From the NCBI GenBank assembly GCA_963803995.1, contig CAWDOT010000003.1:3822-67821 (forward strand): 64,000 nt of DNA, written 5' to 3'. Positions 39,248 to 50,599 of the stretch are shown piece by piece (position 1 is the first letter of the stretch; each line of letters starts with the position of its first letter). The notes under the pieces were generated by a model, which was not told where the DNA came from, did not search any database, and worked only from the letters and a program-made list of their open reading frames with translations. Source of the DNA: an uncultured Acidobacteriota bacterium (GTDB taxonomy: Bacteria; Acidobacteriota; Thermoanaerobaculia; Multivoradales; JAGPDF01). A program made the position numbers and the translations under genes.

Positions 39248-42200
39248 TCACGCGGACGCCGGGGCCTCCGATCCAGAGACTTTGTCCAAACCCCGCTTCT
39301 CCGTGCGCAGCTTCCAGAGCTTGTAGGCGACCGGGTAGATCAGCAGCTCGGCGAGGAACGAGGTCACGAGGCCGCCGATCATCGGCGCCGCGATCCGCTT
39401 CATGACGTCGGCGCCGGCCGAGGTCGCGAACAGGATCGGCAGCAGGCCCATGAACGCGGCGGCGACCGTCATCATCTTCGGCCGCGCCCGCTTGACCGCG
39501 CCGTGCACGATCGCTTCGTCGATCGCGGCGAGCGTGCCGAGCCGGCCCTCCCGCTTCGCCTCCGCCCAGGAGAGGTCGAGGAAGAGCAGCATGAAGACCG
39601 CCGTCTCGGCGTCGAGGCCGAGCAGCGCGATCATGCCGACCCAGGCGGCGATCGAGACGTTGTAGCCGAGCAGGTGGAAGAGCCAGATCGCGCCGATCGC
39701 CGAGAAGGGCACCGAGACCAGGATCAGGAAGGTCTTGAAGCCCGACCGGGTGTTCGCGTAGAGCAGCACGCAGATCAGCGCCAGCGTCACCGGCACGACC
39801 AGCTTCAGCCGCTCGCGGACCCGCAGCATGTTCTCGTACTGGCCGCTCCAGGCGAGCGTCGTGCCCGCCGGCAGCTTCAGCCGCTCGCCGACCGCCCGCT
39901 TGGCCTCCTCGACGTAGGTGCCGACGTCCCGCCCGGCGACGTCGACGAAGACGTAGCCGGCGAGGAAGCCGTTCTCGTTGCGCACCATCGCCGGCCCGCG
40001 CACCAGCCGGATGTCGGCGAGCTGGGCGAGCGGCACCTGCTGGCCCGCCGGCGCGCGCACCAGGACGCGGCCGAGCTGGTCGAGGTCCTCGCGCAGCTCG
40101 CGCGGGTAGCGGACGTTGACCGGGTAGCGCTCGCGCCCCTCGACCGTCGTGGTGACGTTCTCGCCGCCGATCGCCGCGCCGACGACCATCTGCACGTCGG
40201 CGATGGTCAGGCCGTAACGCGCCAGCCGCTCGCGGTTGCGGCGCGATGTCCACGAAATAGCCGCCGGCCACCCGCTCGGCGTAGACGCTGCGCGTGCCCG
40301 GAACGCCGCGCAGGATCCCTTCGATCTCCTCGCCCAGCCGCTCGATCTCGCCGAGGTCGCGGCCGAAGACCTTGACCCCGACCGGAGTGCGCACACCGGT
40401 CGACAGCATGTCGATGCGCGCCTTGATCGGCATCGTCCAGGCGTTGGTGACGCCCGGGATGCGCAGCGCGCGGTCGAGCTCGGCGATCAGCTCCTCCCAG
40501 GAGATGCGATCGGGCCAGAACGGGCGCAGCAGCGGCTTGGTGAACTCCGGCCAGCCGTCGTGCCAGGTCGGCTTCGCCCGCCACTCCCGCTCCGGTTTGA
40601 GCACCACCGTCGTCTCGATCATCGAGAACGGCGCCGGGTCGGTCGAGGTCTCGGCGCGCCCGGCCTTGCCGTGCACCGACTCGACCTCCGGGAAACCCGC
40701 GAGCACCCGGTCCTGCCGCTCGAGCAGCTCCTGCGCGGCGCCGACCGAGAGGCCGGGCAGCGTGGTCGGCATGTAGAGGATCGAGCCCTCGTTGAGCGGC
40801 GGCATGAACTCGCTGCCCAGCCGGAAGTACATCGGCAACGAGAGCGCGAGGACGAGCGCCGCGACGCCGAGCACCGTCTTCGGCCACGCCAGCGACCCAG
40901 CGGCAGACCGGCTCGTAGACGCGGTGGATGGCGCGCGAGATCGGGTGCGCCTCCTCGGCGTGGTAGGTGCCGACCAGGGCGCCGGTCGCGAGCCTCGCCA
41001 GCCAGCGCGGCCGGAACTCGAACGGGTCGATGCGCGCGAAGAGCATGCGCATCGCCGGGTCGAGGGTGACCGCGAGGAGCGCCGCGAGCGCCATCGCGAG
41101 GTTCTTCGACCAGGCGAGCGGCTTGAACAGGCGCCCCTCCTGGTCGACCAGCGCGAAGATCGGCAGGAAGGCGACCGCGATCACCAGCAGCGAGAAGAAG
41201 ACCGACGGGCCGACCTCCTTCAGGGCTTCGAGCCGGACGTGGAAGAACTCCCGCCGGCGCTCCTCGCGCGCCGCGGCCGAGAGCTCGCCGCGCCCGCGCC
41301 ACCTGCCCTGCCAGAGGTGGATCCGGTTGTAGGCGTTCTCGACCTCGACGATGGCGCCGTCGACCAGCACGCCGATCGAGATCGCGATGCCGGCGAGCGA
41401 CATGATGTTGACGGTGACGCCGAAGTAGTAGAGCGGGACGAAGGCGAGCAGCACCGAGATCGGGATGGTCAGGATCGGCACGATCGCCGAGGGCAGGTGC
41501 CAGAGGAAGAGCAGGATGACCAGCGAGACGACGATCATCTCGATCGTCAGCTCGTGCTTGAGCGTGCCGATGGCGCGGTCGATCAGCACCGAGCGGTCGT
41601 AGGTGGTGACCACCTCGACCCCCTCGGGCAGCGACGCCTCGAGCTCGTCCAGGCGCGCCCGGACCCGCGCGATCACGTTCTTCGCGTTCTCGCCGTGGCG
41701 CATGACCACGATGCCGCCGACGTGGTCGCCCTCGCCGTTGAAGTCGGCGACGCCGCGCCGGATCTCGGGGCCGAGAGCGACCCGCGCCACGTCGCGCACC
41801 AGGACCGGCACGCCGCCCGGGCCGACCTTGACCACGATCGCTCCGAACTCCTCGACCGAGCGGGCGTAGCCGCGCACCCGCACCATCGACTCGGCGCCGC
41901 TCCACTCGATCAGGCGGCCGCCGGTCTCGTCGTTCGAGCGGCGCACGGCGTCGGCGAGCTCGGCGATCGACAGGCCGTAGGCGGCAAGCCGGTTGGGGTC
42001 GACGGTGATCTGGATACTGCTTGCCGTAGCCGCCGAGCGACGCCACCTCGGCGACGCCCGGAACCGCCTGGAGCGAGTAGCGCAGCGTCCAGTCCTGGAA
42101 AGACCGCAGCTCGTCGAGCGAGTGCCGCCGCTCCGGTCGCGCAGGACGTACTGGAAGACCCAGCCGACGCCGGTGGCGTCGGGTCCGAGCTCGGTGCGCA

Positions 42201-42570
42201 CGCCGGCCGGCAACTGGGGCTGGATCTTCGACAGGTACTCGAGCACCCGCGAGCGCGCCCAGTAGAGATCGGTGCCGTCCTCGAAGATGACGTAGACGTA
42301 GGAGAAGCCGAAGTCCGAGAAGCCGCGCACCGCCTTGACCTTCGGCGCGCCGAGCATCGACGAGACGATCGGGTAGGTGACCTGGTCCTCGAGGATGTCG
42401 GGCGAGCGGTCCCAGCGCGAGTAGACGATGACCTGCGTGTCGGAGAGGTCGGGCAGCGCGTCGAGGCGGATGACTCCGAGGATGTGCACGGAGAAGGCGA
42501 TCGCCGCCGCGGTCGCCAGCAGGACCAGCGCGCGGTTCTTCGCCGAGAGCTCGATCAGCCGGGAGATCAT
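39248..42570 (-). CDS. cusA: CusA/SilA Cu/Ag RND permease (several frameshifts)
   Basis: [67 protein letters not shown]. Confidence 0.92.
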
Positions 42571-43965
42571 CGGGGGCCCTCGGTCGGCGCCGGTTGCGGC
42601 GCCCCGGCGCCCAGCTCGCGCGCCGAGGCCGGAGATCGCGGCGCGCAGCCGCGACTCGGAGTCGAGCAGGAAGTTGGCCTTGACCGCCACCCGGTCGCCC
42701 GGGGCGAGCCCGGCAGAGACCACCGCCTGCCCTTCGCGGCGCAGCGCGACGGCGAGCTCGCGCGGTTCGAAGCGGCCGGGAGCGGTCTCGACGAAGGCGA
42801 TCTGGCGCTCGCCGGTGTCGAGCACGGCGGTGTCGGGGACCAGGATGCCGGTGACTTCGCCGAGGTCGAGCACCACGTCGGCGTACATGCCGGGGCGCCA
42901 GGAAAGGTCCCGGTTGGCCACGTCGAAACGGACGCGCAGCGTGCGGGTCGCCGGGTCGAGATCGGGGAAGATGTAGGCGACCTTCCCCTCGCGCACCGAG
43001 TCCGGCTCGTAGCTGAGCGAGAGCCGGGCGGTCTGGCCCGGGCGCACCTTGGCGGCGTCGGCCTCGTAGACGTTGGCTTCGACCCAGACCGAGGAGAGAT
43101 CGGAGAGCGTGACGATCTCCTGGCCGGGCGTCACCATCTGGCCCTGGAGCACGCCCTTGCTGACGACATAGCCGGAGATCGGCGCCGCCAGGGCCACTCT
43201 GCGCCGCGGCCTGCCCTCGCGCTCGAGGTCGGCCAGGAACTCCTCGGGCAGGCCGAAAACCTCGAGCCGGCGGCGCGCGGCGTCGACCAGGTCCTGGCCG
43301 CCACGGCGGACCTCCGGAATCGACGAGGAGATGAACTGCTGCCCCTTCTCGCGGGCGAGCAGGAACTCCTGCTGCGCGGCGACCAGCTCGGGCGAGTAGA
43401 TCTCGGCGACCGTCTCGCCCGCGCGCAGGTAGCGCCCGACGAAATCGGCCGAGAGCGCCTCGATCCAGCCCGAGAAGCGGGCCTCGAGCCGGCGCGCGCG
43501 CCGCTCGTCGGCAACCACCGAGCCGACCGTGCGCACGACGCGCGCCAGCGAGCCGGCGCGCGCCGCGGCGACCACCACGCCCGAGATCCGCCGCCCTTCC
43601 GGGTCGAGATCGACCGCCGCGAAGCCGCCGGGCGCCGCGTCCGCCGCCGCGTCCGCTCCCTCGCTCTTGCCGACGAGATCCATGCCGCAGATCGGGCACT
43701 GCCCCGGCTCGTGGCGGACCACTTCGGGGTGCATCGGGCAGACCCAGAGCGTCGGCTTCTCCGCCGCCTCGCGTCGGACCAGGTCCATGTGGCAGATCGG
43801 GCAGGAGCCGGGGCGGTCGGCGACGTAGTCGGGGTGCATCGGGCAGTACCAGACCTCGCCCCCGGCGTGGCTCTCGCCCCGGCAGCCGGTGAGACCGAGG
43901 AGGCCGACGAGGGCGGCGGCGGCGAGGGTGAGCGCGACGATGGCGCGGTGCGAACGGAAACTCAT
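42567..43965 (-). CDS. cusB: CusB-like adaptor with two CPMHP..CPICxM domains (3' end probably frameshifted)
   Basis: Lipobox [44 protein letters not shown]. Confidence 0.88.
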
Positions 43966-45239
43966 CGGGAACCTCCCTCGGGGGCAGCCGGCAGCGGCGA
44001 GGCGAGCAGCGCCTCGATCTCCGCCCAGGCGGCGTAGAGATCCGCCTCGGCGCGGGCGAGATCGACGCGGTCGTGGTACCAGTCCTCGAAACGCATGAGG
44101 ACCTCCGAGAGCGGGCCGCGGCCGGCGAGCAGCTCGGCGCGCGCGGCGTCGAGCGCCGCCGAACCCTGCGGAAGCACGGCCTCCCGGTAGCGGCGGCGGA
44201 CGGTCTCCAGCCGGCGTCCCTCGGCGAGCCAGCGGACGAGCTCGGCGCGGGCGCCGAGCTCGGCTTCGTGGCGGCGCGCGAGGTCGGCCTCGACCTCGAA
44301 GCGGGCCGCCTCGACGCGGGGCCGCTCCCGGCGGGCGCGGAAGAAGGGCAGCTCGATGCCGACGCGGGCGACGAGGTTGGGGTCGCTGCCATCCATCAGC
44401 AGCAGGCCGCCGCCGACCGAGAAGCCGGGCGAGAGGCCGGCCTCGAGCGCGGCGACCCGGCTCTCGGCGACCAGGACGCGCCGGTGCGCGATCACCGCCT
44501 CGAGGGTGTAGGGCGCCGCGGTCGCCGGGTCGACCTTCGGCAGCACGACGTCGGGCAGCGCCGCGACGCGCGGGAGCGCGCCGCTCGCGCCGCCGCCGGC
44601 GAGAGCGGCGAGCCGCGCCGCCGCGGCGGCGAGCCTCGAGTCGGCCGCCTCGACGTCGAGATCGTGGCGCGAGAGCTCGAGCTGCGCCATCAGCGGCGCT
44701 CCGAGCCCGGTCTGTCCGGCGGCGTAGAGCGTCGAGGCCGAGGCCACCAGCAGGTCGAGCAGCTCGTGCGCCTCGGAGAGCGCTTCGAGCTCGCGCGAGA
44801 GCGCGTAGATCGCCGCCCAGGCGAGGCGCACGTCGCGCAGCAGGCGCTGCTCGACGCCGCCCGCCTCCGCCTCGGCGAGCGCGATCTCGGCGGCGGCCAG
44901 CTCGCGGGCGGCGCGGCGCTGGCCGCGCCCGGGCAGCGGCTGCTCGAGCACGATCGTCGCCTCGGCCGGGTCGTGCTCGCCGGCCGGCAGGAAGTTGCGG
45001 GCGTCGACCTCGAGCCTCGGGTCGTCGAAGATCCCCGCGCCTCCGGCGGCGGCCCGGCGCGCCGCCAGGTCGGCGCGCGCCGCGGCGAGCGACGGCGCGT
45101 TGGCGAGCGCCTGGCGCTCGACCTCCTCGAGCGACTTCGGCTCGAAGAGCGCCTGGTGGGTCATCTGCCCGCCGGCGGCGCCGGCGAGGGCGGCGGCGAC
45201 GGCGGCGACGGCGGCACTGCGACGGCGGACGGCGGACAT
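43962..45239 (-). CDS. TolC/CusC-like outer-membrane efflux protein
   Basis: Signal peptide, [24 protein letters not shown]; first gene of the cusCBA-like operon. Confidence 0.82.
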   Translation of the reverse strand: MSAVRRRSAAVAAVAAALAGAAGGQMTHQALFEPKSLEEVERQALANAPSLAAARADLAARRAAAGGAGIFDDPRLEVDARNFLPAGEHDPAEATIVLEQPLPGRGQRRAARELAAAEIALAEAEAGGVEQRLLRDVRLAWAAIYALSRELEALSEAHELLDLLVASASTLYAAGQTGLGAPLMAQLELSRHDLDVEAADSRLAAAAARLAALAGGGASGALPRVAALPDVVLPKVDPATAAPYTLEAVIAHRRVLVAESRVAALEAGLSPGFSVGGGLLLMDGSDPNLVARVGIELPFFRARRERPRVEAARFEVEADLARRHEAELGARAELVRWLAEGRRLETVRRRYREAVLPQGSAALDAARAELLAGRGPLSEVLMRFEDWYHDRVDLARAEADLYAAWAEIEALLASPLPAAPEGGSR

Positions 45240-45324
45240 GCGCAACGCTCCTCTCGGGACGCCAGAGACCGTTTCCGGGCGAGGCACGGCCCCGTCCGGA
45301 CACACTTCTCCCCTGAGGGGCGCT

Positions 45325-45708
45325 TCAGTTGCGGAAGACGGACAGGAGCGTGAAGAGACCGAGCGAGTGGATCGCCTCGGCGGCGCGCTCGCGCGCCGCG
45401 ACGGCGACCGCCGGCAGCGGCGCGTCGAGGCGCGCGGCGAGGTCGGCCGCGAGCGGCAGCAGAGCGACCGGCGCCGGCTGGAGCTGACCGTCGGCCGCGG
45501 AGGCCGGCACGGGCGCGCTCTTCGTCCGGCAGCAGTCCATCGGCGCGGCCATCGCGCCCGCGCGATGGCAGAGCGGGCCCGCCGCGCTCTTCATCAGCGG
45601 GCAGCCGCCGCCCGCCGCGGCCTTGCAGCGCGCAGCCGGCAACGGCGCCGCGAGCGCGACCGCGAGGAGCAGGGCGACGAGCGCCGCGAAGGAGCGAGAG
45701 CTCCGCAT
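45325..45708 (-). CDS. Small Cys/Met-rich leader protein upstream of the cus operon
   Basis: Signal-like N-terminus, C..CPLM..CH..MDCC, ends LFTLLSVFRN; TAGAAT -10 at 45717-45722. Confidence 0.65.
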   Translation of the reverse strand: MRSSRSFAALVALLLAVALAAPLPAARCKAAAGGGCPLMKSAAGPLCHRAGAMAAPMDCCRTKSAPVPASAADGQLQPAPVALLPLAADLAARLDAPLPAVAVAARERAAEAIHSLGLFTLLSVFRN

Positions 45709-45840
45709 GGACGCGCATTCTAAGCCCCCTGTCAAGCCCGCCCGCCGCGCGAACGCCCCGCGCCCCGCACGCGGCAGGGCGGTGGAGCCCCCGTCTGTTA
45801 AGGTCCCCGGCCAGCCCGAATTCCGAGGAGTGCGCCCGCC

Positions 45841-47145
45841 ATGCCCCCCGTCCCCGAGCCCGACGCGCCGCGCGTCTCCGTGCTGGTCGCGACCTGGAAC
45901 TGGAGCTCGGCGCTCCGCCTCGCGCTCGCGTCGGCGCTCGCGCAGACCGTCGCCGACATCGAGGTCCTGGTGATCGGCGACGCCTGCACCGACGACAGCG
46001 CCGAGGTCGTCGCCGGCTTCGGCGACCCCCGCCTCGCCTGGCACAACCGGTCCGAGAACTCGGGCAACCAGGCCGCGCCCCACGACGACGGACTCGCCCG
46101 CGCGCGCGCGCCCTGGGTCGCGTATCTCGGCCACGACGACCTCTGGCACCCTCGCCACCTGGAGGATCTGCTCGCGACCGCCGCCGCGCGCAACGCCGAC
46201 CTGGTCCACGCGATCGCCCTCAACTACGGCTCGCAGGAGAGCGGCGTGCTGGTGGCGAGCGGCATCGAGCCGAGCGGCGGCCACCGGACTCCGCCCAACC
46301 TGCGCCCCAGCGCGGTCGCGCACCGGCGCGACCTGGCGCGGGCCGTCGGCGGATGGGGCGACCCGCGGGCGACCGATCGCCCGGTGGACGACGCCTTTTT
46401 CGACCGTCTCTGGGAGAGCGGCGCCCGCTGCGTCGGCACCAACCGGGTGACCGCGTTCAAGTTCCCGGCCGGCTGGCGGCGCGACGCCTACCGCCTGCGC
46501 GACGTCAGCCAGCAGGCGGCGCTCTGGGAGCGCCTGCGGGTCGAGCCCGACCTGGTCGAACGCGAGCTCACCCGGCTGCTGGTCGCCCAGGCCGACGGCA
46601 CCGGCGGCGTGGCGCTCGAGCCCGACCCGCCCCAGCCCCCGGGGTGGCGCGAGGCCCGCCGCCGCTTCAAGGGGCTCGAGCCCGGGGGAGCCGAGACGCC
46701 CGCCGGCGACCGCCTCGACCTCGGCGCGCCGTTGCCCGGGCTCGAGTGGCATCCGGCCGAGAGCGACGGCCACGGCGCCTTCCGGTGGAGCGCGGCGCGC
46801 GAGTCGGCGCTCGAGGTGCCCTGGTCGACCCTGCCCGGCGAGCCGGCGATGCTGCGCGTCGGCCTCGCCTACCTGCTCGAGGGCACCGATCTCGGCGCGC
46901 TCGGGTTCACCGTCGACGGCTTTCCGGTCGCGCTCGAGCGCGCCGGCGACGCGGCCGGCGGACCGGTGCTCGAGGCCGAGCTGCCGGCCGTGGGCGACCA
47001 TCGGCGCCGCTTCGCGCGCGTGGTCGTGCGCTCGCCGGCGCTGCGCCGCCCCTGCGATCTCGATCCCGCCAACCCGGACCGGCGCCGGCTGGGGGTTGCG
47101 CTACGCTGGGTCGAGATCGTGGCGGGCGAGGGGTCTGCCGAATGA
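45841..47145 (+). CDS. GT2 family glycosyltransferase with C-terminal beta domain
   Basis: VSVLVATWN, SALAQT, GDACTD, AYLGHDDLW. Confidence 0.85.
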   Translation: MPPVPEPDAPRVSVLVATWNWSSALRLALASALAQTVADIEVLVIGDACTDDSAEVVAGFGDPRLAWHNRSENSGNQAAPHDDGLARARAPWVAYLGHDDLWHPRHLEDLLATAAARNADLVHAIALNYGSQESGVLVASGIEPSGGHRTPPNLRPSAVAHRRDLARAVGGWGDPRATDRPVDDAFFDRLWESGARCVGTNRVTAFKFPAGWRRDAYRLRDVSQQAALWERLRVEPDLVERELTRLLVAQADGTGGVALEPDPPQPPGWREARRRFKGLEPGGAETPAGDRLDLGAPLPGLEWHPAESDGHGAFRWSAARESALEVPWSTLPGEPAMLRVGLAYLLEGTDLGALGFTVDGFPVALERAGDAAGGPVLEAELPAVGDHRRRFARVVVRSPALRRPCDLDPANPDRRRLGVALRWVEIVAGEGSAE

Positions 47146-47167
47146 CTGGCGGCGCGAGGGGGACGAG

Positions 47168-47891
47168 ATGAGCGCGGGCGAAGCGAAGGTCGCACTGGTG
47201 ACGGGAGGCAGCCGCGGCATCGGCCGCGCGGTCGGCGAGGCGCTGCTCGAGCGCGGCTTCCGGCTCTTCTTCTGCGGGCGCAGCCCCGACCTCGTCGAGT
47301 CGACGAAGCGCGAGCTCTACGTGCGCTACCCGGGGCGGGTCGACGCCCGCCTCTGCGACGTGCGCCGCCAGGACGAGGTCGACGCGCTGGTCGCCTGGGT
47401 GCTCGACGCGGCGGGCCGGCTCGACGTGCTGGTCAACAACGCCGGCCTCGGCCGTTTCGCGCCGGTCGACGAGATCTCGGGCGACGACTTCCGCGAGACG
47501 ATCGAGACCAACCTGATGGGCTCGTTCTACGCGATCCGCGCCGCCGCGCCGGCAATGAAGACGCAGGGCGAGGGGTGGATCTTCAACATCGCCTCGCTCG
47601 CCGCCAAGAACGCCGTTCGCCGGCGGCGCCGCCTACAACGCCTCGAAGTTCGGTCTGGTCGGCATGTCCGAGGCCGCGATGCTCGACCTGCGCCACTTCG
47701 GCATCCGCATGGCGGCGATCTGCCCCGGCTCGGTCGAGACCGACTTCGGCAGCGGCGTGATGAAGGACGGCGGCTCCTGGCGCCTGCAGCCGGAAGACGT
47801 CGCCAGAGTCGTCACCGACCTGCTCGACTTCCCCGCCCGCGCCCTCCCCAGCCTGATCGAGATCCGCCCCAGCCGGCCGCCGAAGAAGTAG
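47168..47891 (+). CDS. Short-chain dehydrogenase/reductase (frameshift near 47615)
   Basis: TGGSRGIG, VNNAG, NIASL, YNASK in the shifted frame, ICPGSVETDF. Confidence 0.9.
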
Positions 47892-47894
47892 GCG

Positions 47895-48914
47895 TCAGGA
47901 GCCGAGCGCCGACCAGGACGCCGTCCCGTCGCACTCGAAGCCGTCGGCGAAGATGAACGAGGTGTCGCCCGAGCCCGAGAGCCAGATCCGGTCGCAGGTG
48001 CGGAAGGTGCCGGACGTCGTCGTCACCTCCGCGACGACCGCCTTGAGTCCGTCGCCGGCCGTGAGGTTCCAATTCGGGACGTTGGCCAGGAAGGGCTCGA
48101 AGGCGGAGAAAGCACCCGTTTCGCTGGCGAATCGCATCTGCGCGCCAGAGCCGGGTGGCTGGTACAGGTACAGGTCGACGATCGCGGTCGACGTCGCGAA
48201 CTGCTCGCGCTCGATGATCACCGGATAGCCCGTGGCCCCACCGCGCGCCCCGAAGACCTGGGTCCAGTAGTGCTGCAACCCACAGAACGCACAGGCATTC
48301 GGGCACTGCTCGACGCCCGTCGGCGGCTCATCGGCGCACTGGCAGTTCGTGTTCGAGTCCAGTTGCACATTCGCCTGATCGCCGACCTGCTGGACGTAGC
48401 CCACGCCGATCTCGCGGTAGCTCGACGACAGGATGTTGCCGCGATGGCCCGAGCTGCCCATCCAGGTGGACATGACCGTCGCCGGGCTCGACTGCCCGCC
48501 GGCGATGTTCTCGCCCCCCGCCGTCCAGCCCGTGTAGCCGGCGTTGGTCATCCGCGTGCCCACGCCGATGCAGCTCGCTACGAAGTCGAGGTGGGAGAAG
48601 TAGTTGTTCACCGCCATGGAAGAACTGTGCTCCTCGGCGGCCTGAATCAGGTTCGTCTGGTGCTTGAGCGGCGGTTTGGGGCAGCCCTCGCCGGCCGGAC
48701 AGTTCAGTCGCTCGACGTTGACCTGCTCGACCACCTGCTCCTCGAAGGTCGCGGCGGGCGCGAACGGCTGCAGCAGGAAGTCATCGGCCGGCGTCGTCCG
48801 TTCCCGGTCGGGCACGACGACCAGCGGCGCTGGCATGACGGCCTGCTGAGCGGCGAGCCCGGAGGCTGCCGCCAGTCCGACCAGTAGGACTCCCCACGAA
48901 CGAATCCGACCCAT
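47895..48914 (-). CDS. Secreted CAP/SCP-domain protein with IFADGFE tail
   Basis: Signal peptide; HSSSMA..YFSH, GENIAGG, WMGSSGHRGNIL, YWTQVFG; ends FIFADGFECDGTASWS. Confidence 0.88.
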   Translation of the reverse strand: MGRIRSWGVLLVGLAAASGLAAQQAVMPAPLVVVPDRERTTPADDFLLQPFAPAATFEEQVVEQVNVERLNCPAGEGCPKPPLKHQTNLIQAAEEHSSSMAVNNYFSHLDFVASCIGVGTRMTNAGYTGWTAGGENIAGGQSSPATVMSTWMGSSGHRGNILSSSYREIGVGYVQQVGDQANVQLDSNTNCQCADEPPTGVEQCPNACAFCGLQHYWTQVFGARGGATGYPVIIEREQFATSTAIVDLYLYQPPGSGAQMRFASETGAFSAFEPFLANVPNWNLTAGDGLKAVVAEVTTTSGTFRTCDRIWLSGSGDTSFIFADGFECDGTASWSALGS

Positions 48915-49028
48915 GGTGCCGCTCCTCGACGACTGCGAGAGCAATTGTCGTTCCGGCCGCGGGGCCCCTTCTATGGCGCTTTTCGCGCCCCGGACCGAGG
49001 CAGTGCCCCAGCGAACCGACAAGAAGCG

Positions 49029-49919
49029 TCAGTTGCGACCGACGCCCTGCGTCGGTCGCGGGGGGGCGAGCCCGGCCAGATGGCGGGAGACCAGGCCCTC
49101 GAGGATCCGCTCGGCCGGGATGCCGCGCAGGCGCAGCGGCGGGGCTTCCGAGAGGAGCCCGTCGGCCAGCGCGAGCAGCCGGCGGCGCGCTTCCGGCGGC
49201 CGGCCGGGGGCGAGCGCCGCGCCGCGCGCGGCGTGGGCCGCGATCGTCCAGGGCGCGGCCGCGCGCGCGTCGGTGAAGTCGCCCGCCGCCGCCAGCCGGG
49301 CCGCCGCGTCGAGCAGGAAGAGCCCGCCGCCGCCCGCCAGATAGCGGTCGACCGCGCCGCCGAAGCCGTCGATCGCGGCCGCCAGCCGCTCCGGATCGGG
49401 GGGCTCGGCGGGCCCCAGGAAGAGCGAGAGCGAGCGGCTGCGCAGCGTCGCCGGCAGATCGAGCCGGGAGGGGGCGAGCAACAGGAAGTGACGGGGGCTC
49501 GCGACCCCCGGCTCCTCGATCGCCTTGAGCAGGGCGTCGCCCGCCTCGGCCGAGAGCGTGTCGGCGGCGGCGACCACGAAGACCTGGCCGCGCGCCTCGA
49601 AGGGCGACGACTGCGCGGCGCGCAGCCACTGGCGCGTCGCCTCGGCGGAGGTCGAGGTCTTGAGGTCGCGTTCGAGCACCGCGAAGTCGGGATGGAAGCG
49701 CTCGCCGGCGGCGTCCGGCCACGCCACGCGCCGGCAGTTCCGACACTCGCCGCAGGGGCGCGCGGCGATGTCCTCGACCGCGCAGAGCAGCGCGCGGCCG
49801 ACCTCGACCGCCGCGGCGCGCCGGTCGCCCTCGGCGCCGCCGTGGAGGATGACCGACGGGTAGAGCCGCCCCCGCCGCACCAGCTCGAGCGCGCGGGCGA
49901 GCGCCGGCGGGGCGCTCAC
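49029..49919 (-). CDS. holB: DNA polymerase III delta' subunit
   Basis: Follows tmk with GTG overlap; C...PCGECRNC, HPDF, ALLKAIEEP, LPATLRSR. Confidence 0.8.
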   Translation of the reverse strand: MSAPPALARALELVRRGRLYPSVILHGGAEGDRRAAAVEVGRALLCAVEDIAARPCGECRNCRRVAWPDAAGERFHPDFAVLERDLKTSTSAEATRQWLRAAQSSPFEARGQVFVVAAADTLSAEAGDALLKAIEEPGVASPRHFLLLAPSRLDLPATLRSRSLSLFLGPAEPPDPERLAAAIDGFGGAVDRYLAGGGGLFLLDAAARLAAAGDFTDARAAAPWTIAAHAARGAALAPGRPPEARRRLLALADGLLSEAPPLRLRGIPAERILEGLVSRHLAGLAPPRPTQGVGRN

Positions 49920-50557
49920 GCGCCGCTCCCGAGCAGGTCGGCGAGCGCCGCGTCGACCGCCACGGCGGTCGCTTCCGGCGGGCCCGAGGAGTCGATGATC
50001 CGGAACCGCTCGGGCTCGCCCCCGGCGAGCGCGAGGAAGCCGGCGCGCACCTTCTCGTAGAACTCGAGCGTCTCGGCGTCGAGGCGGTCGATCTGGCCGG
50101 TGCGGCGCCGCGCGCCCGAGCGCCCCCGGCGGCGGGCGTGGACGGCCGGCAGGTCGAAGAGCAGGGTGCGGTCGGGGCGGCGGCCGCCGGTCGCCAGCTC
50201 GTCCACCCGGGCGATCGTCTCGAGCGGGACGCCGCGCCCGGCGCCCTGGTAGGCGACGGTCGAATCGGTGAAGCGATCGCAGAGCACGTGGCGCCCCGCG
50301 GCGAGCGCCGGCTCGATCACCTCGAGCAGGTGCTGGCGGCGGCTGGCGAAGACGAGCAGCAGCTCGACGGTGCCGTCGACCTGCCGGAAACGGCGGTCGA
50401 GGAAGACCCTGCGGATCGCCGAGCCGAGCTCGGTGCCGCCCGGCTCGCGGGTGGTCGTGTGGGCGACGCCGCGCTCGGCGAGCACGCGCCCGATCCGCTC
50501 GAGGTGGGTCGACTTGCCGCTGCCGTCGAGGCCTTCGAAAGTGATGAAGAGCGCCAC
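49916..50557 (-). CDS. tmk: Thymidylate kinase
   Basis: FITFEGLDGSGKST, REPGGT, CDRFTDSTVAYQG. Confidence 0.96.
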   Translation of the reverse strand: MALFITFEGLDGSGKSTHLERIGRVLAERGVAHTTTREPGGTELGSAIRRVFLDRRFRQVDGTVELLLVFASRRQHLLEVIEPALAAGRHVLCDRFTDSTVAYQGAGRGVPLETIARVDELATGGRRPDRTLLFDLPAVHARRRGRSGARRRTGQIDRLDAETLEFYEKVRAGFLALAGGEPERFRIIDSSGPPEATAVAVDAALADLLGSGA

Positions 50558-50599
50558 GCGCCCGGAACGCTAGCACGCGCGCGATAGACTGGAAGATCG

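Noticed and set aside
40207-45303. 1698-aa ORF suggesting a CusB-CusA fusion
   Set aside because: An ATGA stop/start overlap at 42567-42570 and frequent nearby indels point to a frameshift near 42600. The first ~450 aa are an off-frame read of cusC.
45730-45735. TTGACA as the -35 of the cus leader promoter
   Set aside because: It is only 7 nt from the TAGAAT box, which is not a valid sigma70 spacing.
50558-50599. yybP-ykoY riboswitch before terC
   Set aside because: Only 42 bp separate the divergent tmk and terC starts, and a -10 box sits 9 nt before the ATG, leaving no room.
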